Shown here piece after piece: positions 1 through 9,481 of a stretch of DNA of 64,000 bases. The notes beneath the pieces are model-generated. The model was given only the letters and a program-made list of their open reading frames with translations. It was not told the origin of the DNA and ran no database searches. Location: positions 158,725 through 222,724 of the forward strand of contig JBFHFF010000001.1 in NCBI GenBank assembly GCA_041583775.1. Direction: 5' to 3'. The position numbers were made by a program, and so were the translations under genes. The number at the start of each line of letters is the position of its first letter. The first letter of the stretch is position 1. The DNA comes from Candidatus Moraniibacteriota bacterium. Its GTDB lineage: Bacteria > Patescibacteriota > Minisyncoccia > Moranbacterales > DUUL01.

Positions 1-198
1 CCCATCATCAAATTTTATTTTTGCCTTTGAATCAGCCAAAGTTCTAATCTCCATTCCCGAGATGATTTTTTCACCCAAAGAAAGATTTTTCCAGCCACCG
101 CCAGGGATTCTCTGCTCAATTGACCCTTCTATGCGCTCTATGTTTCCCGCATAAACACCTTCCTCTGAAAATAACTGGCCCTTCGCCAATTGTACCAT
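1..198 (-). CDS. hypothetical protein, N-terminal fragment; gene continues past the window start
   Basis: Open frame on the minus strand from ATG at 198..196 with no stops to position 1 (MVQLAKGQLFSEEGVYAGNIERIEG...). No family recognised. Confidence 0.3.
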   Translation of the reverse strand, partial: MVQLAKGQLFSEEGVYAGNIERIEGSIEQRIPGGGWKNLSLGEKIISGMEIRTLADSKAKIKFDDG

Positions 199-663
199 AA
201 AACCATCTCCTTTGTCAGGAAATCTAACCAAAAGCCCTGATACGGCAAAAAGGGCAAACATAATAACCGTAAGAACTACATTGATACTATTCATTTTGCA
301 ACTCTTTATTGTTTGGAAAATTATATTTTTATTATATCAAACTATTTTAAAAAATGAAATAGTAAACAGCATATTTAAAGAAAAAATACATATTTCAATT
401 GCCCATTAATCATTCGATAATTTTCCTTATCCAAATATCCTTTGTGAATATTTATTTAACAAAAAAATATTCATTTATATTTAAGCGAATTTGAATTTTC
501 AGAATATCAATCCCAAAGTTTCAACTTTTAACAGGAGTAATGAGTGGATTTAATTGATACTAAATGTCCTTCTTTTTTTGACTTCTAATCCCCCCTCTTA
601 CCAAAAAAATTTCTTTGTGTCAAAATAAGTTCATCAAGCTAATTCTTTATCTAAAAAATTAAG

Positions 664-1134
664 ATGTTTTTAAATCTCAAAATTATTGCTGTTGGAAAAA
701 TTAAAAATAAAGAACTTGCTATCCTCGCAAAAGAATATCAAAAAAGACTCTCTCCTTTTTGCAAACTACAAACAATTGAACTGCCTGCAGTTCCATTTTT
801 AAGCGAGGGCGATAAAGAAAAATCAAAAAGAAAAGAGGGAGAAAAAATTATTGCTTATTTAGATAAAAATTCCACAGAAAACTTTTTTCTACTAGAAGAA
901 TATGGAAAAGAATTTTCGTCCATAGATTTTTCAAAAAAACTTACTTCTCTTTCTGGGTGCATAACTTTTATTGTCGCTGGCACTCTAGGATTTAGTGAGG
1001 AAATTAAAAAGCTTAATCTACCAAGACTCTCACTTTCTCAAATGACTTTCCCACATGAAATGGCGAGAATTTTACTTCTAGAGCAAATCTATCGAACAAT
1101 TAGTATTATTAACGGGAAAAAATATCACTATTAG
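664..1134 (+). CDS. rlmH: 23S rRNA (pseudouridine1915-N3)-methyltransferase RlmH (SPOUT family)
   Basis: 156 aa. N-terminus LKIIAVGKIKNKELAILAKEYQKRLSPFCKLQTIEL matches the RlmH pattern, and size and end motifs fit. Confidence 0.8.
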   Translation: MFLNLKIIAVGKIKNKELAILAKEYQKRLSPFCKLQTIELPAVPFLSEGDKEKSKRKEGEKIIAYLDKNSTENFFLLEEYGKEFSSIDFSKKLTSLSGCITFIVAGTLGFSEEIKKLNLPRLSLSQMTFPHEMARILLLEQIYRTISIINGKKYHY

Positions 1135-1206
1135 AAATGGTCTGGTTTTTTGAGAATGTTTTTTGTGTGTGTTATGATTAAATCAACCATTATTTTGAAG
1201 TAACAA

Positions 1207-1800
1207 ATGAAAAAAAGAAAAATAAATAGATTTAAATTCTCACCAACTAAATCTCGCAGATTCTTAATGTATTTTTCTGTAATTAGTTTGTTTTTATTTT
1301 TTGGTTTTTGGTATTATAACAAAATACAACTCGAAAAAATCTCTCTCACAAAAGGCTACTCTGTTGAAAATATCGAAAAGATAGAACTTGAAAAAAGAAT
1401 AAGAGAAATGGTAAAAGGACACCCAATCGAAGAAATGGTTCCCTATATAATGGAATATGACCAAATTGTCTCCATTTTTCTTGTAAGTATTGCGAAAAAA
1501 GAAAGCAACTGGGGCGAAAAAACCCCAAAATACAAAGGCAAAGATTGCTTCAATTATTGGGGTTATCGTGGCCCAAATCCTCTTGGAAGTGGTGGACATT
1601 CTTGTTTCTCATCAAGAGAAGAAGCTGTTGCTATCGTAGGAAAGCGTATTGATAACTTGGTTAAGAAATTTGATTGTGACACGCCAGCTAAAATGATTGT
1701 TTGGAAATGTGGTTCCTCTTGCAAAACACACAATCCTTTTGGTGTTAGAAAATGGATCAGTGATGTAGATTTATATTTTCAAAAACTTTCACAACAATAA
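1207..1800 (+). CDS. membrane-anchored cysteine-rich lysozyme-like (GH73/SLT-like) protein, paralog A
   Basis: N-terminal signal anchor. C-terminal domain VSIAKKESNWG...CFNYWGYRG...GGHSCF...WKCGSSCKTH is shared with the ORFs at 26996..27826 and 27959..29089. The KESxxG catalytic-Glu-like motif resembles glucosaminidase/lytic transglycosylase folds. Confidence 0.6.
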   Translation: MKKRKINRFKFSPTKSRRFLMYFSVISLFLFFGFWYYNKIQLEKISLTKGYSVENIEKIELEKRIREMVKGHPIEEMVPYIMEYDQIVSIFLVSIAKKESNWGEKTPKYKGKDCFNYWGYRGPNPLGSGGHSCFSSREEAVAIVGKRIDNLVKKFDCDTPAKMIVWKCGSSCKTHNPFGVRKWISDVDLYFQKLSQQ

Positions 1801-1857
1801 AAAATCATAAAGATTTCCGCTAAAATTTCAGCTAAACTTATCAAATTAATTTCGAAA

Positions 1858-1890
1858 ATAAAATCCTGGATATCCAGGATTTTATTTTTT
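1858..1890. terminator. bidirectional intrinsic terminator between convergent genes
   Basis: Perfect 24-nt palindrome aaaatcctggatatccaggatttt, flanked by an A-run upstream and a T-run downstream. Confidence 0.6.
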
Positions 1891-1906
1891 ACATATAATA
1901 GGTTTT

Positions 1907-4363
1907 TTATTCGAAATCGTCTGTTGTTAGGAGAATTTCTCCGCCTCTTTCAACATCCTTAGATATAATTTTTGTAGCAATTTTATCTTCAATTTTATCT
2001 GAGATATACCTATTTATTGAACGAGCACCAAAAACAGGATCATAACCTTTTTCAATAACACAATCAACTACATTTTCACCAAATTTTACAGAAATGTTTT
2101 TTTCCCTACTAACTCTTTCTGCAAATTTATTCAACATCAACGAGATAACTTCTTTCATTTGATTATTTTCCAGTGCCCGAAAAAAAACGACTGAGTCAAA
2201 ACGATTTAGAAATTCGACTCTAAACATCCCTTCCTTTACAATATGGTCAACTAATCTCTTTCTTAATTCTTCGGCCTCAACTCCTTGCTCAACCATTTCT
2301 TTAATTAGGGGTGCCCCAGCATTTGAGGTTGCAATAATAATGGTTCCACGAAAGCTTATTTTCTCACCAAAACCATCTGTGATATAACCCTCATCCAAAA
2401 CTTGCAAAAATAGATCTAAAATATCACTATGCGCCTTTTCAATTTCATCTAGTAAGATAAGGGAGAAAGGAGAATCTTTTGTTTTGGAAGTTAAAATTCC
2501 CATTTCTCCAGAAACTTGAGAGCCTATCAATCTACCAATTGAATCTTGAGTTTTATATTCACTCATATCAATTCTAATCATTCGTTCTTCATTTCCAAAA
2601 TGAACTTCTGCTAAAGCTTTCGCTGTTTCTGTTTTTCCAACTCCAGTAGGACCAAGAAATAAAAAACTCCCAACTGGCTTTTTTATATCTCTAATCCCAG
2701 CTCGCATCTTCCTAATTGAGTTTGCAATTTGAATCACAGCTCCGTCTTGGCCTATTACCCTTGAGTGTAAAAGGTCTTCCAACCCCATTAATTTTTCTCT
2801 TTCGTCCTTTAAGATTTGTCCTTGTTTCGTTCCTGTTTTAATACTCATAACACGAAAAACATCTTCTATGCCAATGATTCCTCCTTTATCAGCATAATTC
2901 TTCTCCCAGTATAGAAGCACGCTATTGGCAAAACCAATTGCTCTGCCAGGCAATGGCATAATTTTGCCAAGCTGTGATGAACGACGCACAATCTCCCTTA
3001 TCGCTTGATATGTAAAAACCACGCAATCATGCTCTATTTGGCTAAATTTCTGTAATAAAATTTTAATCGCCTCTTCATCACTAGGCTCTTCGATCTCTAC
3101 AACATCAAAATTTTTCACAATTCCTTCCTGCTTTTCAATTAAAGAATGATAATTATTACGAGTTGTTGTTGCAATTACCTGAAAACTCGGCAACATCAAG
3201 TATTTATCCAAAACTGCTGCAATATTAACAGAAGATTTGTGTCCTGGATCAAGATATTTTCCAATCTCATCTATTGCTAAAATAATATTCCCTGCAAATG
3301 CTGCCTCCTGAAACAATGAATGTAAAGCATGTTCAGGATCACCACCCTCATTCATAACAGCTGAGATTGTGCTCCCAAGATCAACTAGCATAATTCTTTT
3401 TTCATCAAGCTGTTCTCCGGCCTTTCCTTCTAAAATTTGTTTAGCGATGTGATGCATAATAGCTTTTTTCCCAACACCTGACTCACCCATCAATAAAACA
3501 TTATTTTGTTCCTCTTTCATTAAAACTAATTTTGCCATTTCTATCTCTTCATCATATCCAATAGGCAAAACGAGGCGGTATTCCGTTGGATCATAGTTTG
3601 ATAACTCCAATGAATGACGGTCAAGCGTAATGGTATAACCATACTCCCACCCCTTTCCTATAGGTACAGATCTACGAAGATTTTCCCTTAACCAAAACTT
3701 TTTTGATCTCTCCTTCGCTATTTGTAAATCCATCTCCCATTTCAATATAAGCTCAAACTCATCAACGGACATATCATATGTTTTCAAAAGAGCGGTTAGT
3801 TTATCTTTATTTGCCAAAACTTCAGCCGTTAATTCTTTTGGTGTGGTTCCGATTCTTTGAATAACTCTCCTAAACCACGGAAATTTTAAGAGTTTTTCAA
3901 TTGGCATTTTATTATAAGGAACTCTCACGCTTTCTAAGTATGCCAGCATCGTACCTACTAGAAACAACCCAAAAGCAACCGTACTAATGGTATATTTTCC
4001 CTCTCCCAGCGTTACGCCAATAACTGACAAGACAAAGAGCATTGGGGCTAAAACCCAAACTATAATAAAAAATAAACCAAACACAAAAGTAAATGCCATC
4101 ATTACAACACCAAAAGATGCCACAAAAAAGCGAACTATCGCACCAAAAAATCTAAAAATGGTATTTAACACAACTTTTTGTGCTTCCAAGAGAGGATGGA
4201 GTCCAATCCAACTTTTAGAGGTTAAATCTTTTCTCCAAGGGGAAAAAAGAGTCACAAAAAGATGTCTCACACTAAAAATTATCAAGAAGTGCGAAAGAAA
4301 ATTATTCCAAATAACAAAATAATTTTTTATTCCGCCTGTCCAATACCAAATAAGGAAACCCAT
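1907..4363 (-). CDS. Clp/Hsp100-family double AAA+ ATPase (ClpC/ClpB-like) with N-terminal transmembrane domain
   Basis: 818 aa. D1 Walker A GESGVGKK and Walker B ILAIDEI. D2 VIGQDGAVIQI...LFLGPTGVGKTE...LLDEIEKAH, plus the C-terminal ClpB_D2-small region. The first ~130 aa form 3-4 hydrophobic helices. Confidence 0.8.
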   Translation of the reverse strand: MGFLIWYWTGGIKNYFVIWNNFLSHFLIIFSVRHLFVTLFSPWRKDLTSKSWIGLHPLLEAQKVVLNTIFRFFGAIVRFFVASFGVVMMAFTFVFGLFFIIVWVLAPMLFVLSVIGVTLGEGKYTISTVAFGLFLVGTMLAYLESVRVPYNKMPIEKLLKFPWFRRVIQRIGTTPKELTAEVLANKDKLTALLKTYDMSVDEFELILKWEMDLQIAKERSKKFWLRENLRRSVPIGKGWEYGYTITLDRHSLELSNYDPTEYRLVLPIGYDEEIEMAKLVLMKEEQNNVLLMGESGVGKKAIMHHIAKQILEGKAGEQLDEKRIMLVDLGSTISAVMNEGGDPEHALHSLFQEAAFAGNIILAIDEIGKYLDPGHKSSVNIAAVLDKYLMLPSFQVIATTTRNNYHSLIEKQEGIVKNFDVVEIEEPSDEEAIKILLQKFSQIEHDCVVFTYQAIREIVRRSSQLGKIMPLPGRAIGFANSVLLYWEKNYADKGGIIGIEDVFRVMSIKTGTKQGQILKDEREKLMGLEDLLHSRVIGQDGAVIQIANSIRKMRAGIRDIKKPVGSFLFLGPTGVGKTETAKALAEVHFGNEERMIRIDMSEYKTQDSIGRLIGSQVSGEMGILTSKTKDSPFSLILLDEIEKAHSDILDLFLQVLDEGYITDGFGEKISFRGTIIIATSNAGAPLIKEMVEQGVEAEELRKRLVDHIVKEGMFRVEFLNRFDSVVFFRALENNQMKEVISLMLNKFAERVSREKNISVKFGENVVDCVIEKGYDPVFGARSINRYISDKIEDKIATKIISKDVERGGEILLTTDDFE

Positions 4364-4497
4364 CTTTACTTTTATTTAAATTTTAAAGTTTTATTTTATT
4401 TTTAATATAGTAAAATTATAACATCAAAAAGGGCTTGGGGCAATTGCTAATTCCCTAATTAAAAAGAATTTTAACGACTGTTAGTTTTCGTGCTATA

Positions 4498-5697
4498 ATG
4501 ATTTTATGTTATTTATCTTTCAGAGCTCCCTTTTTTATGCATACACTTCACTATCAAATACATTCACATGTTCCTCATTGTATAAATTCATTAAAAAAAG
4601 ATGTTAATGGCATCTATTTAATTCACTCTATTAAAGGATTTGTTTTCTCTCTTTTTGGAATTTTTATACCAATTTATTTATTAACTTTAGACTTCTCAAT
4701 CACATTAGTTTTTTCATATTTCATTGCTAGACAAATTTCAATTATTATAACTAACTTTTTAGTTGGTTCAATTGCTAATAAGTTGGGGTTGAAACATACA
4801 ATGTTAATAAGCCTCCCTTTGTCGCTGCTTTACCTTTTTTTACTCCCAATTCTAAGCTCTTTTTCTAATTTATATTTCTTTTTTGGATTAGCACTTCTTA
4901 GCGGGGCAGAAGCTGCTTTATATTGGGTTCCAATGCACTCACTGTTTGCAAGATCAACGAAAACTGGAGAAAAAAGCTCTCAAGTTGGAAAATTATTATC
5001 CTTCCAACATATTGCCAGCATGCTTGCACCACTTATTGGTGGAACAATTACGCTTTTTTTTAGTTTCGAAGTTTTATTTATGGTGGGAATTTTTCTCTTA
5101 CTGATTCCAATTGGACTTCTTTTATACACACCAGACATAAAACCTCATATCGATTTTAATTTTCGTCGTGGAATCGGTTTATTAAAAAAATATAAAAAAC
5201 ACTATTATTTAACTTGTTCTGAGATTGTTGGAAGCACTACAGAATCTGTTATTTGGCCTCTTTTCGTTTTCTTGGTTCTAAAAAATGAATTTTCCATTGG
5301 GGTAATCGGAACGCTCCTTGGTTTAGGAACTGTTATTTTTTCTTTTTTTATGGGACACAAAGCCAATAAAAAAAATCGCTCAAAAATAATAAAAGTTGCA
5401 GCTTTAATGCTAGCGATTATCTGGATTAGCAAATTCTTTGCTGATTCATCTATTATAATCTATATTCTTTCGGTTCTTTCTGGTTTTTTTGTTATTATGT
5501 TTTCTGTTCCAAATACAGCAGAAACTTATGAATTAGCCAGTAAAGAGAAGCATATTGATGAATTCATTATCTTTCGAGAAATTCCCATCACACTTGGAAA
5601 GATTTCCTTATTACTTATTTCTCTCCTTTTCTTGTCTAAAATAAATATTGCTTTTATTCTTACTGGACTTAATTTTTTATTAGTATTTTTTATTTAA
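4498..5697 (+). CDS. MFS-type transporter (true start probably at a downstream Met)
   Basis: About 10-12 predicted TM helices and a G-x-L-x-x-K-L-G-L-K loop between TM2 and TM3. The first ATG lies inside a TTAACG-17-TATAAT promoter-like element, so the real start is likely later. Confidence 0.55.
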   Translation: MILCYLSFRAPFFMHTLHYQIHSHVPHCINSLKKDVNGIYLIHSIKGFVFSLFGIFIPIYLLTLDFSITLVFSYFIARQISIIITNFLVGSIANKLGLKHTMLISLPLSLLYLFLLPILSSFSNLYFFFGLALLSGAEAALYWVPMHSLFARSTKTGEKSSQVGKLLSFQHIASMLAPLIGGTITLFFSFEVLFMVGIFLLLIPIGLLLYTPDIKPHIDFNFRRGIGLLKKYKKHYYLTCSEIVGSTTESVIWPLFVFLVLKNEFSIGVIGTLLGLGTVIFSFFMGHKANKKNRSKIIKVAALMLAIIWISKFFADSSIIIYILSVLSGFFVIMFSVPNTAETYELASKEKHIDEFIIFREIPITLGKISLLLISLLFLSKINIAFILTGLNFLLVFFI

Positions 5698-5762
5698 TGA
5701 CTAAGATTAACTTATAAATATGCTTACGCTAAAATATTAGATGGATAGCATTTAAAGTTTTT

Positions 5763-7343
5763 ATGAAAAAAAGAAAAAAAACTAAGATAAAAATCATCTG
5801 GAAAAGCTTCCTGTTAAGGGTATTTTTTTTGATTTGTATTTTAATTTTTTCTTATTGCGGATTCATTGGATACAAACTTTACAAGATGGAAAATAAAATT
5901 CTTGAAATAACACAGACAGAGGGAAATTCTTCAACGGAAACAAGGGGTTTTATAGAAACCGCCAAAACATTACTCTCAAATGACAAAGTGCCATTGCGAG
6001 ATGATGGCAAAGGAAGAACGAATATTTTATTATTAGGAATGAGTGGAGAAGGTTACAAGTCTCAGTATTTAACAGATACAATTATGCTCGTTTCCATTGA
6101 TACAAAAACTTATAAATCAGGAATGCTCTCAATTCCTCGCGATTTATATGTAGAAATTCCAGAAACAAACAATTTTCATACAAAAATAAATGCTATTTAT
6201 ACTTTTTCAATGAAAAATAAATCTTTGTCTAGCAGCGAGTCTATGAATAATATAAAAACCGTTATCCATGATGTTACTGGGCAGGAGGTTCATTATTATC
6301 TCACACTCGACTTTGCTGGTTTTAAAAATATTATCGATGAATTAGGTGGGATCGATGTTGAAGTTGAAAATGACATCTATGACAGCCGCTATCCCGGCCC
6401 AAACTATTCATACGAAACTTTTGAAATCAAAAAAGGATTCCAACATCTTGACGCAGAAACTGCCCTAAAATATGCTCGCGTTCGCCATATAAGTGGTGGT
6501 GATTTCGGAAGAGCTGCAAGACAACAACAAGTCATTGCTGCATCAAAAAAGAAAGCTTTCTCCCTAGGAACAGTTGCAAACCCAACAAAAATCACTTCAT
6601 TAATTGACACTCTTGGAGATCACATAAAAACGGATATCCAACTAGCAGAAGTTCCTACATTCTTGGATCTAGCACATAAAATAAATATATACCAAACGAC
6701 TACTAGAGTTTTGGATGCTTGGAGCGCTGATGCCCTTCTTAGCTCAACTCATGTTGAAATGGGAGGTGTAATGGCATATGTACTAATCCCAAAAACAAAA
6801 AATTACAAACAGATTTATGAATTATCAGAAAATATTTTTGATCTTGAAGAAATTAAGCGAAAAAAAGAAGCAATTAAAAAAGAAGATGCTAAAATAGCCT
6901 TTGTGCTTCAGGATAAAAATGCTTATAATAAAACAAGACTTGCATTAAAAAACCTAGATTACAATCCGATAATTAATCCTCCCAACAATAAAATATCTTG
7001 TTTTCAAAAAAACACTATCCTGAGTCTCTCTAATGAACAAAAAATATTTACTCTAGATGATTTGGCCTCAAAACTAAATTCGGAGGTAAAATATTTAGAT
7101 CCAACTAGCTCAAGCTCTATAGAAGAAGAAGAAGAAGAAGAAGGATTATTGGATACGGAAATTTTAAGACAAGGAAATGAAAAAGAAAAAACAGATTATC
7201 CGTTTGACATCATAGTTTGTTTGTCTGATGAGACTCTAGATTATTTTGAGATGCAGAATGAAAAAAAAGAAGACACATCAGAGGAAATAGGTGCTCAAAG
7301 TATAATTGATAAGGATGGAAATGTTTTATTTAAAAAAGAATAG
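5763..7343 (+). CDS. LytR-CpsA-Psr (LCP) family cell-envelope polymer transferase with acidic C-terminal tail
   Basis: N-terminal TM. LCP core TNILLLGMSGEGYKSQYLTDTIMLVSIDTKTYKSGMLSIPRDLYVEIP. C-terminal Ser/Glu-rich extension. Confidence 0.75.
   Translation: MKKRKKTKIKIIWKSFLLRVFFLICILIFSYCGFIGYKLYKMENKILEITQTEGNSSTETRGFIETAKTLLSNDKVPLRDDGKGRTNILLLGMSGEGYKSQYLTDTIMLVSIDTKTYKSGMLSIPRDLYVEIPETNNFHTKINAIYTFSMKNKSLSSSESMNNIKTVIHDVTGQEVHYYLTLDFAGFKNIIDELGGIDVEVENDIYDSRYPGPNYSYETFEIKKGFQHLDAETALKYARVRHISGGDFGRAARQQQVIAASKKKAFSLGTVANPTKITSLIDTLGDHIKTDIQLAEVPTFLDLAHKINIYQTTTRVLDAWSADALLSSTHVEMGGVMAYVLIPKTKNYKQIYELSENIFDLEEIKRKKEAIKKEDAKIAFVLQDKNAYNKTRLALKNLDYNPIINPPNNKISCFQKNTILSLSNEQKIFTLDDLASKLNSEVKYLDPTSSSSIEEEEEEEGLLDTEILRQGNEKEKTDYPFDIIVCLSDETLDYFEMQNEKKEDTSEEIGAQSIIDKDGNVLFKKE
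7121..7141 (+). repeat. (GAA)7 trinucleotide microsatellite inside the LCP gene; encodes poly-Glu
   Basis: gaagaagaagaagaagaagaa read directly from the sequence. Confidence 0.9.
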
Positions 7344-7367
7344 TCTCAATTTAAACACACTAAAACA

Positions 7368-7964
7368 ATGAATAGCTCACTAATTGTTGGACTTGGTAAT
7401 CCTGGTGAAAAATACCAAAACACAAGACATAATATTGGATTTAAAGTTCTAGATGCATTTTTTAAAAAATTTGATGAGTCTACAAAAAATGCCTTCCGTT
7501 TGAACAAAAAAATCAATGGTAAAATTGCAATAATTTCAAAACAGGAAAAAATCCATCTCTTAAAGCCGTTTTCTTTTATGAATCTTTCGGGCGCACCAGT
7601 TGCAGCTACCATGAATTATTTTGACATAAATATTAAAAAAATAATTGTCATTCATGATGATATAGATCTCCCATTTGGCCAAATTCGTCTATCAAAAAAT
7701 TCTGGTTCTGGTGGACACAATGGCATTAAGTCAATAATAGAACATCTTGGAACAAAAGACTTTTTGCGTTTAAGAATTGGAGTTTCTACTGAAATATCAA
7801 GAAGAAACATTCCAACGGAAAAATTTGTCCTTGGAAATTTTTCAGCAGAAGAAAATATTGTATTAACAAAAATTATTATTTCCGCTTGTGATTGTCTTGA
7901 ACATTATCTTGAAAATGGCCCAGAAAAAGCTATGAATAAGTTTAACCAAAAAGGTAGTGCTTAA
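7368..7964 (+). CDS. pth: peptidyl-tRNA hydrolase
   Basis: LIVGLGNPGEKYQNTRHNIGFKVLD N-terminal Pth signature; 198 aa. Confidence 0.85.
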   Translation: MNSSLIVGLGNPGEKYQNTRHNIGFKVLDAFFKKFDESTKNAFRLNKKINGKIAIISKQEKIHLLKPFSFMNLSGAPVAATMNYFDINIKKIIVIHDDIDLPFGQIRLSKNSGSGGHNGIKSIIEHLGTKDFLRLRIGVSTEISRRNIPTEKFVLGNFSAEENIVLTKIIISACDCLEHYLENGPEKAMNKFNQKGSA

Positions 7965-7983
7965 TTTTAATATGACAAAAAAA

Positions 7984-8108
7984 CACTACACCGCCGATGA
8001 ATCATAGGAAAGGGATAGGAGGGAGTTACCTTACCAAGATCATAAGCGGTGCAGTGCTAATATTCAAATTTAAATATTATAACAGTTTATTATAAGCTGT
8101 TTTTTTTG
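7984..8108 (+). ncRNA. candidate small structured RNA (unclassified) ending in an intrinsic terminator
   Basis: Locally GC-rich segment (about 48% GC against ~31% background) with imperfect long inverted repeat caccgccgatga...tcataagcggtg. Followed by hairpin acagttt/aagctgt and T8. No SRP/tmRNA/RNase P consensus was recognised. Confidence 0.25.
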
Positions 8109-8148
8109 TCAAGCACTTTTAACTTTTTCAAACAAGTAAATCTAGCTT

Positions 8149-8571
8149 TTATTTAAAGATTTTCTGAAGCGAATTTATAAGAAATAAACAAGAAATTAAA
8201 TATATAACCGTTTCAAAAAGTGAAACTTTATACAAAACAACAAACATAGTGAGTATAAATAAAATAGAAAGTGAAATTATTAAAATTAATTGTTTGTGTC
8301 CTTTAAGACTTTGTTTTTCATCTTCTTTCACTCCATCGATATACAAAACAAAAGCCATCATCACAACAATAATAAATAACAATAAATTAAAATTAAAAAC
8401 CTCAATAACAATCCCTGGAAGAACTGATTCTAAAGCAAAGAGTGATAGATAAATAAAAGTTAAAGATAAAACACTTTTTTTAATAAAATCTATCAACACT
8501 GGATTCTCAAAAATTTTCAGTTTATTTTTCAACATAATATTACTTAAATATTTCATTCCTATATTTATCAA
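8149..8571 (-). CDS. small integral membrane protein, hypothetical
   Basis: 140 aa with 4 hydrophobic helices. Overlaps the upstream gene end by 32 nt, so the start may be an internal Met. Confidence 0.45.
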   Translation of the reverse strand: MINIGMKYLSNIMLKNKLKIFENPVLIDFIKKSVLSLTFIYLSLFALESVLPGIVIEVFNFNLLLFIIVVMMAFVLYIDGVKEDEKQSLKGHKQLILIISLSILFILTMFVVLYKVSLFETVIYLISCLFLINSLQKIFK

Positions 8572-9478
8572 TTATCCTTGTTTTATGAAAAGACAATGTT
8601 AATTTAGGATTTTCTAAATCAACCAAATTAAAAGTATCCAAAACAATAGTGGCTCTTTTTATTTCACTAACAATTTCTCCAAAAGAAAAAACAAAAGTAT
8701 TTCCAGAAATATCTTTCACATCCTTTTTATCAAAAAAACACTCGAAAGAATTAGTTGATTTAAAATTCTTACATTCACCTATTTTTTCAGGAACTTCTTT
8801 GTCCATTAAAATTACAGCATAATCAGGCCAAACTTCTTTGATTATTTCCTCTTTTTTAATCGGTAATAATTTTTCCTCCCATACTAGAAAAAAATTTTTG
8901 TCTTTTGTTTCAAGTATTGTTCCGTCTGGATGTGGAGTACCAGCGATAATTTTTTCACCCTCTTCAAAAGAAGATTCTTCATCAACCTTCAAAGATTTAA
9001 CTCGCTTCCAATCAAATCCCAAGTCTTGAAAAAACTGTGGTCCTAGAAAAGGCTTCCATTTACCTCGTGAATATACATACACTGCATCATTTGTCGACAC
9101 TAATTCCCCGTTGGGAATTTCGATGTCATTAGAGAATATATATTTTTGCAAAACTTCAGCAGTTTCAATCATCTCCCCAATTGGATAAAGTTGTGCAATA
9201 AAACCTTTTTCAACTTCAACTATTTTATTTTCTAAAAAAATATTTTTTGGATAAATTTCAACACTTGCCGAATAGAAATTATATTCAAATTCTGGATCGA
9301 CTGTTAAATAACCTCTTTTTTCATCCAAAAACTGAATGGTTGTAACCGCCTTATTTCTTTTCTCAGAATCAAAATCATTTTTTGGATAAAGAATTTTCAA
9401 CCCAATAAAAAAGATGATCGCTATTCCTACTACCCCAACGATAAAGCTGTTATTTTTTTTCATTCTATTTTTTAACAT
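8540..9478 (-). CDS. signal-anchored extracytoplasmic protein, hypothetical
   Basis: 312 aa with an N-terminal TM and a long ORF with balanced composition. No family recognised. Confidence 0.5.
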   Translation of the reverse strand: MLKNRMKKNNSFIVGVVGIAIIFFIGLKILYPKNDFDSEKRNKAVTTIQFLDEKRGYLTVDPEFEYNFYSASVEIYPKNIFLENKIVEVEKGFIAQLYPIGEMIETAEVLQKYIFSNDIEIPNGELVSTNDAVYVYSRGKWKPFLGPQFFQDLGFDWKRVKSLKVDEESSFEEGEKIIAGTPHPDGTILETKDKNFFLVWEEKLLPIKKEEIIKEVWPDYAVILMDKEVPEKIGECKNFKSTNSFECFFDKKDVKDISGNTFVFSFGEIVSEIKRATIVLDTFNLVDLENPKLTLSFHKTRIIDKYRNEIFK

Positions 9479-9481
9479 TTT

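Noticed and set aside
212-409. 65-aa plus-strand ORF from the six-frame track
   Set aside because: Hydrophobic and low-complexity, with no start context. It overlaps the more protein-like minus-strand partial gene (1..198). Likely spurious.
3987-4322. Antisense ORFs inside the Clp-like gene (same pattern at 1294..1599, 5205..5432, 34346..35376, 52101..54824 and others)
   Set aside because: Embedded on the opposite strand of long, well-supported genes. They are Lys/Thr/Ile-rich, as expected from reading AT-rich DNA in reverse. No independent support.
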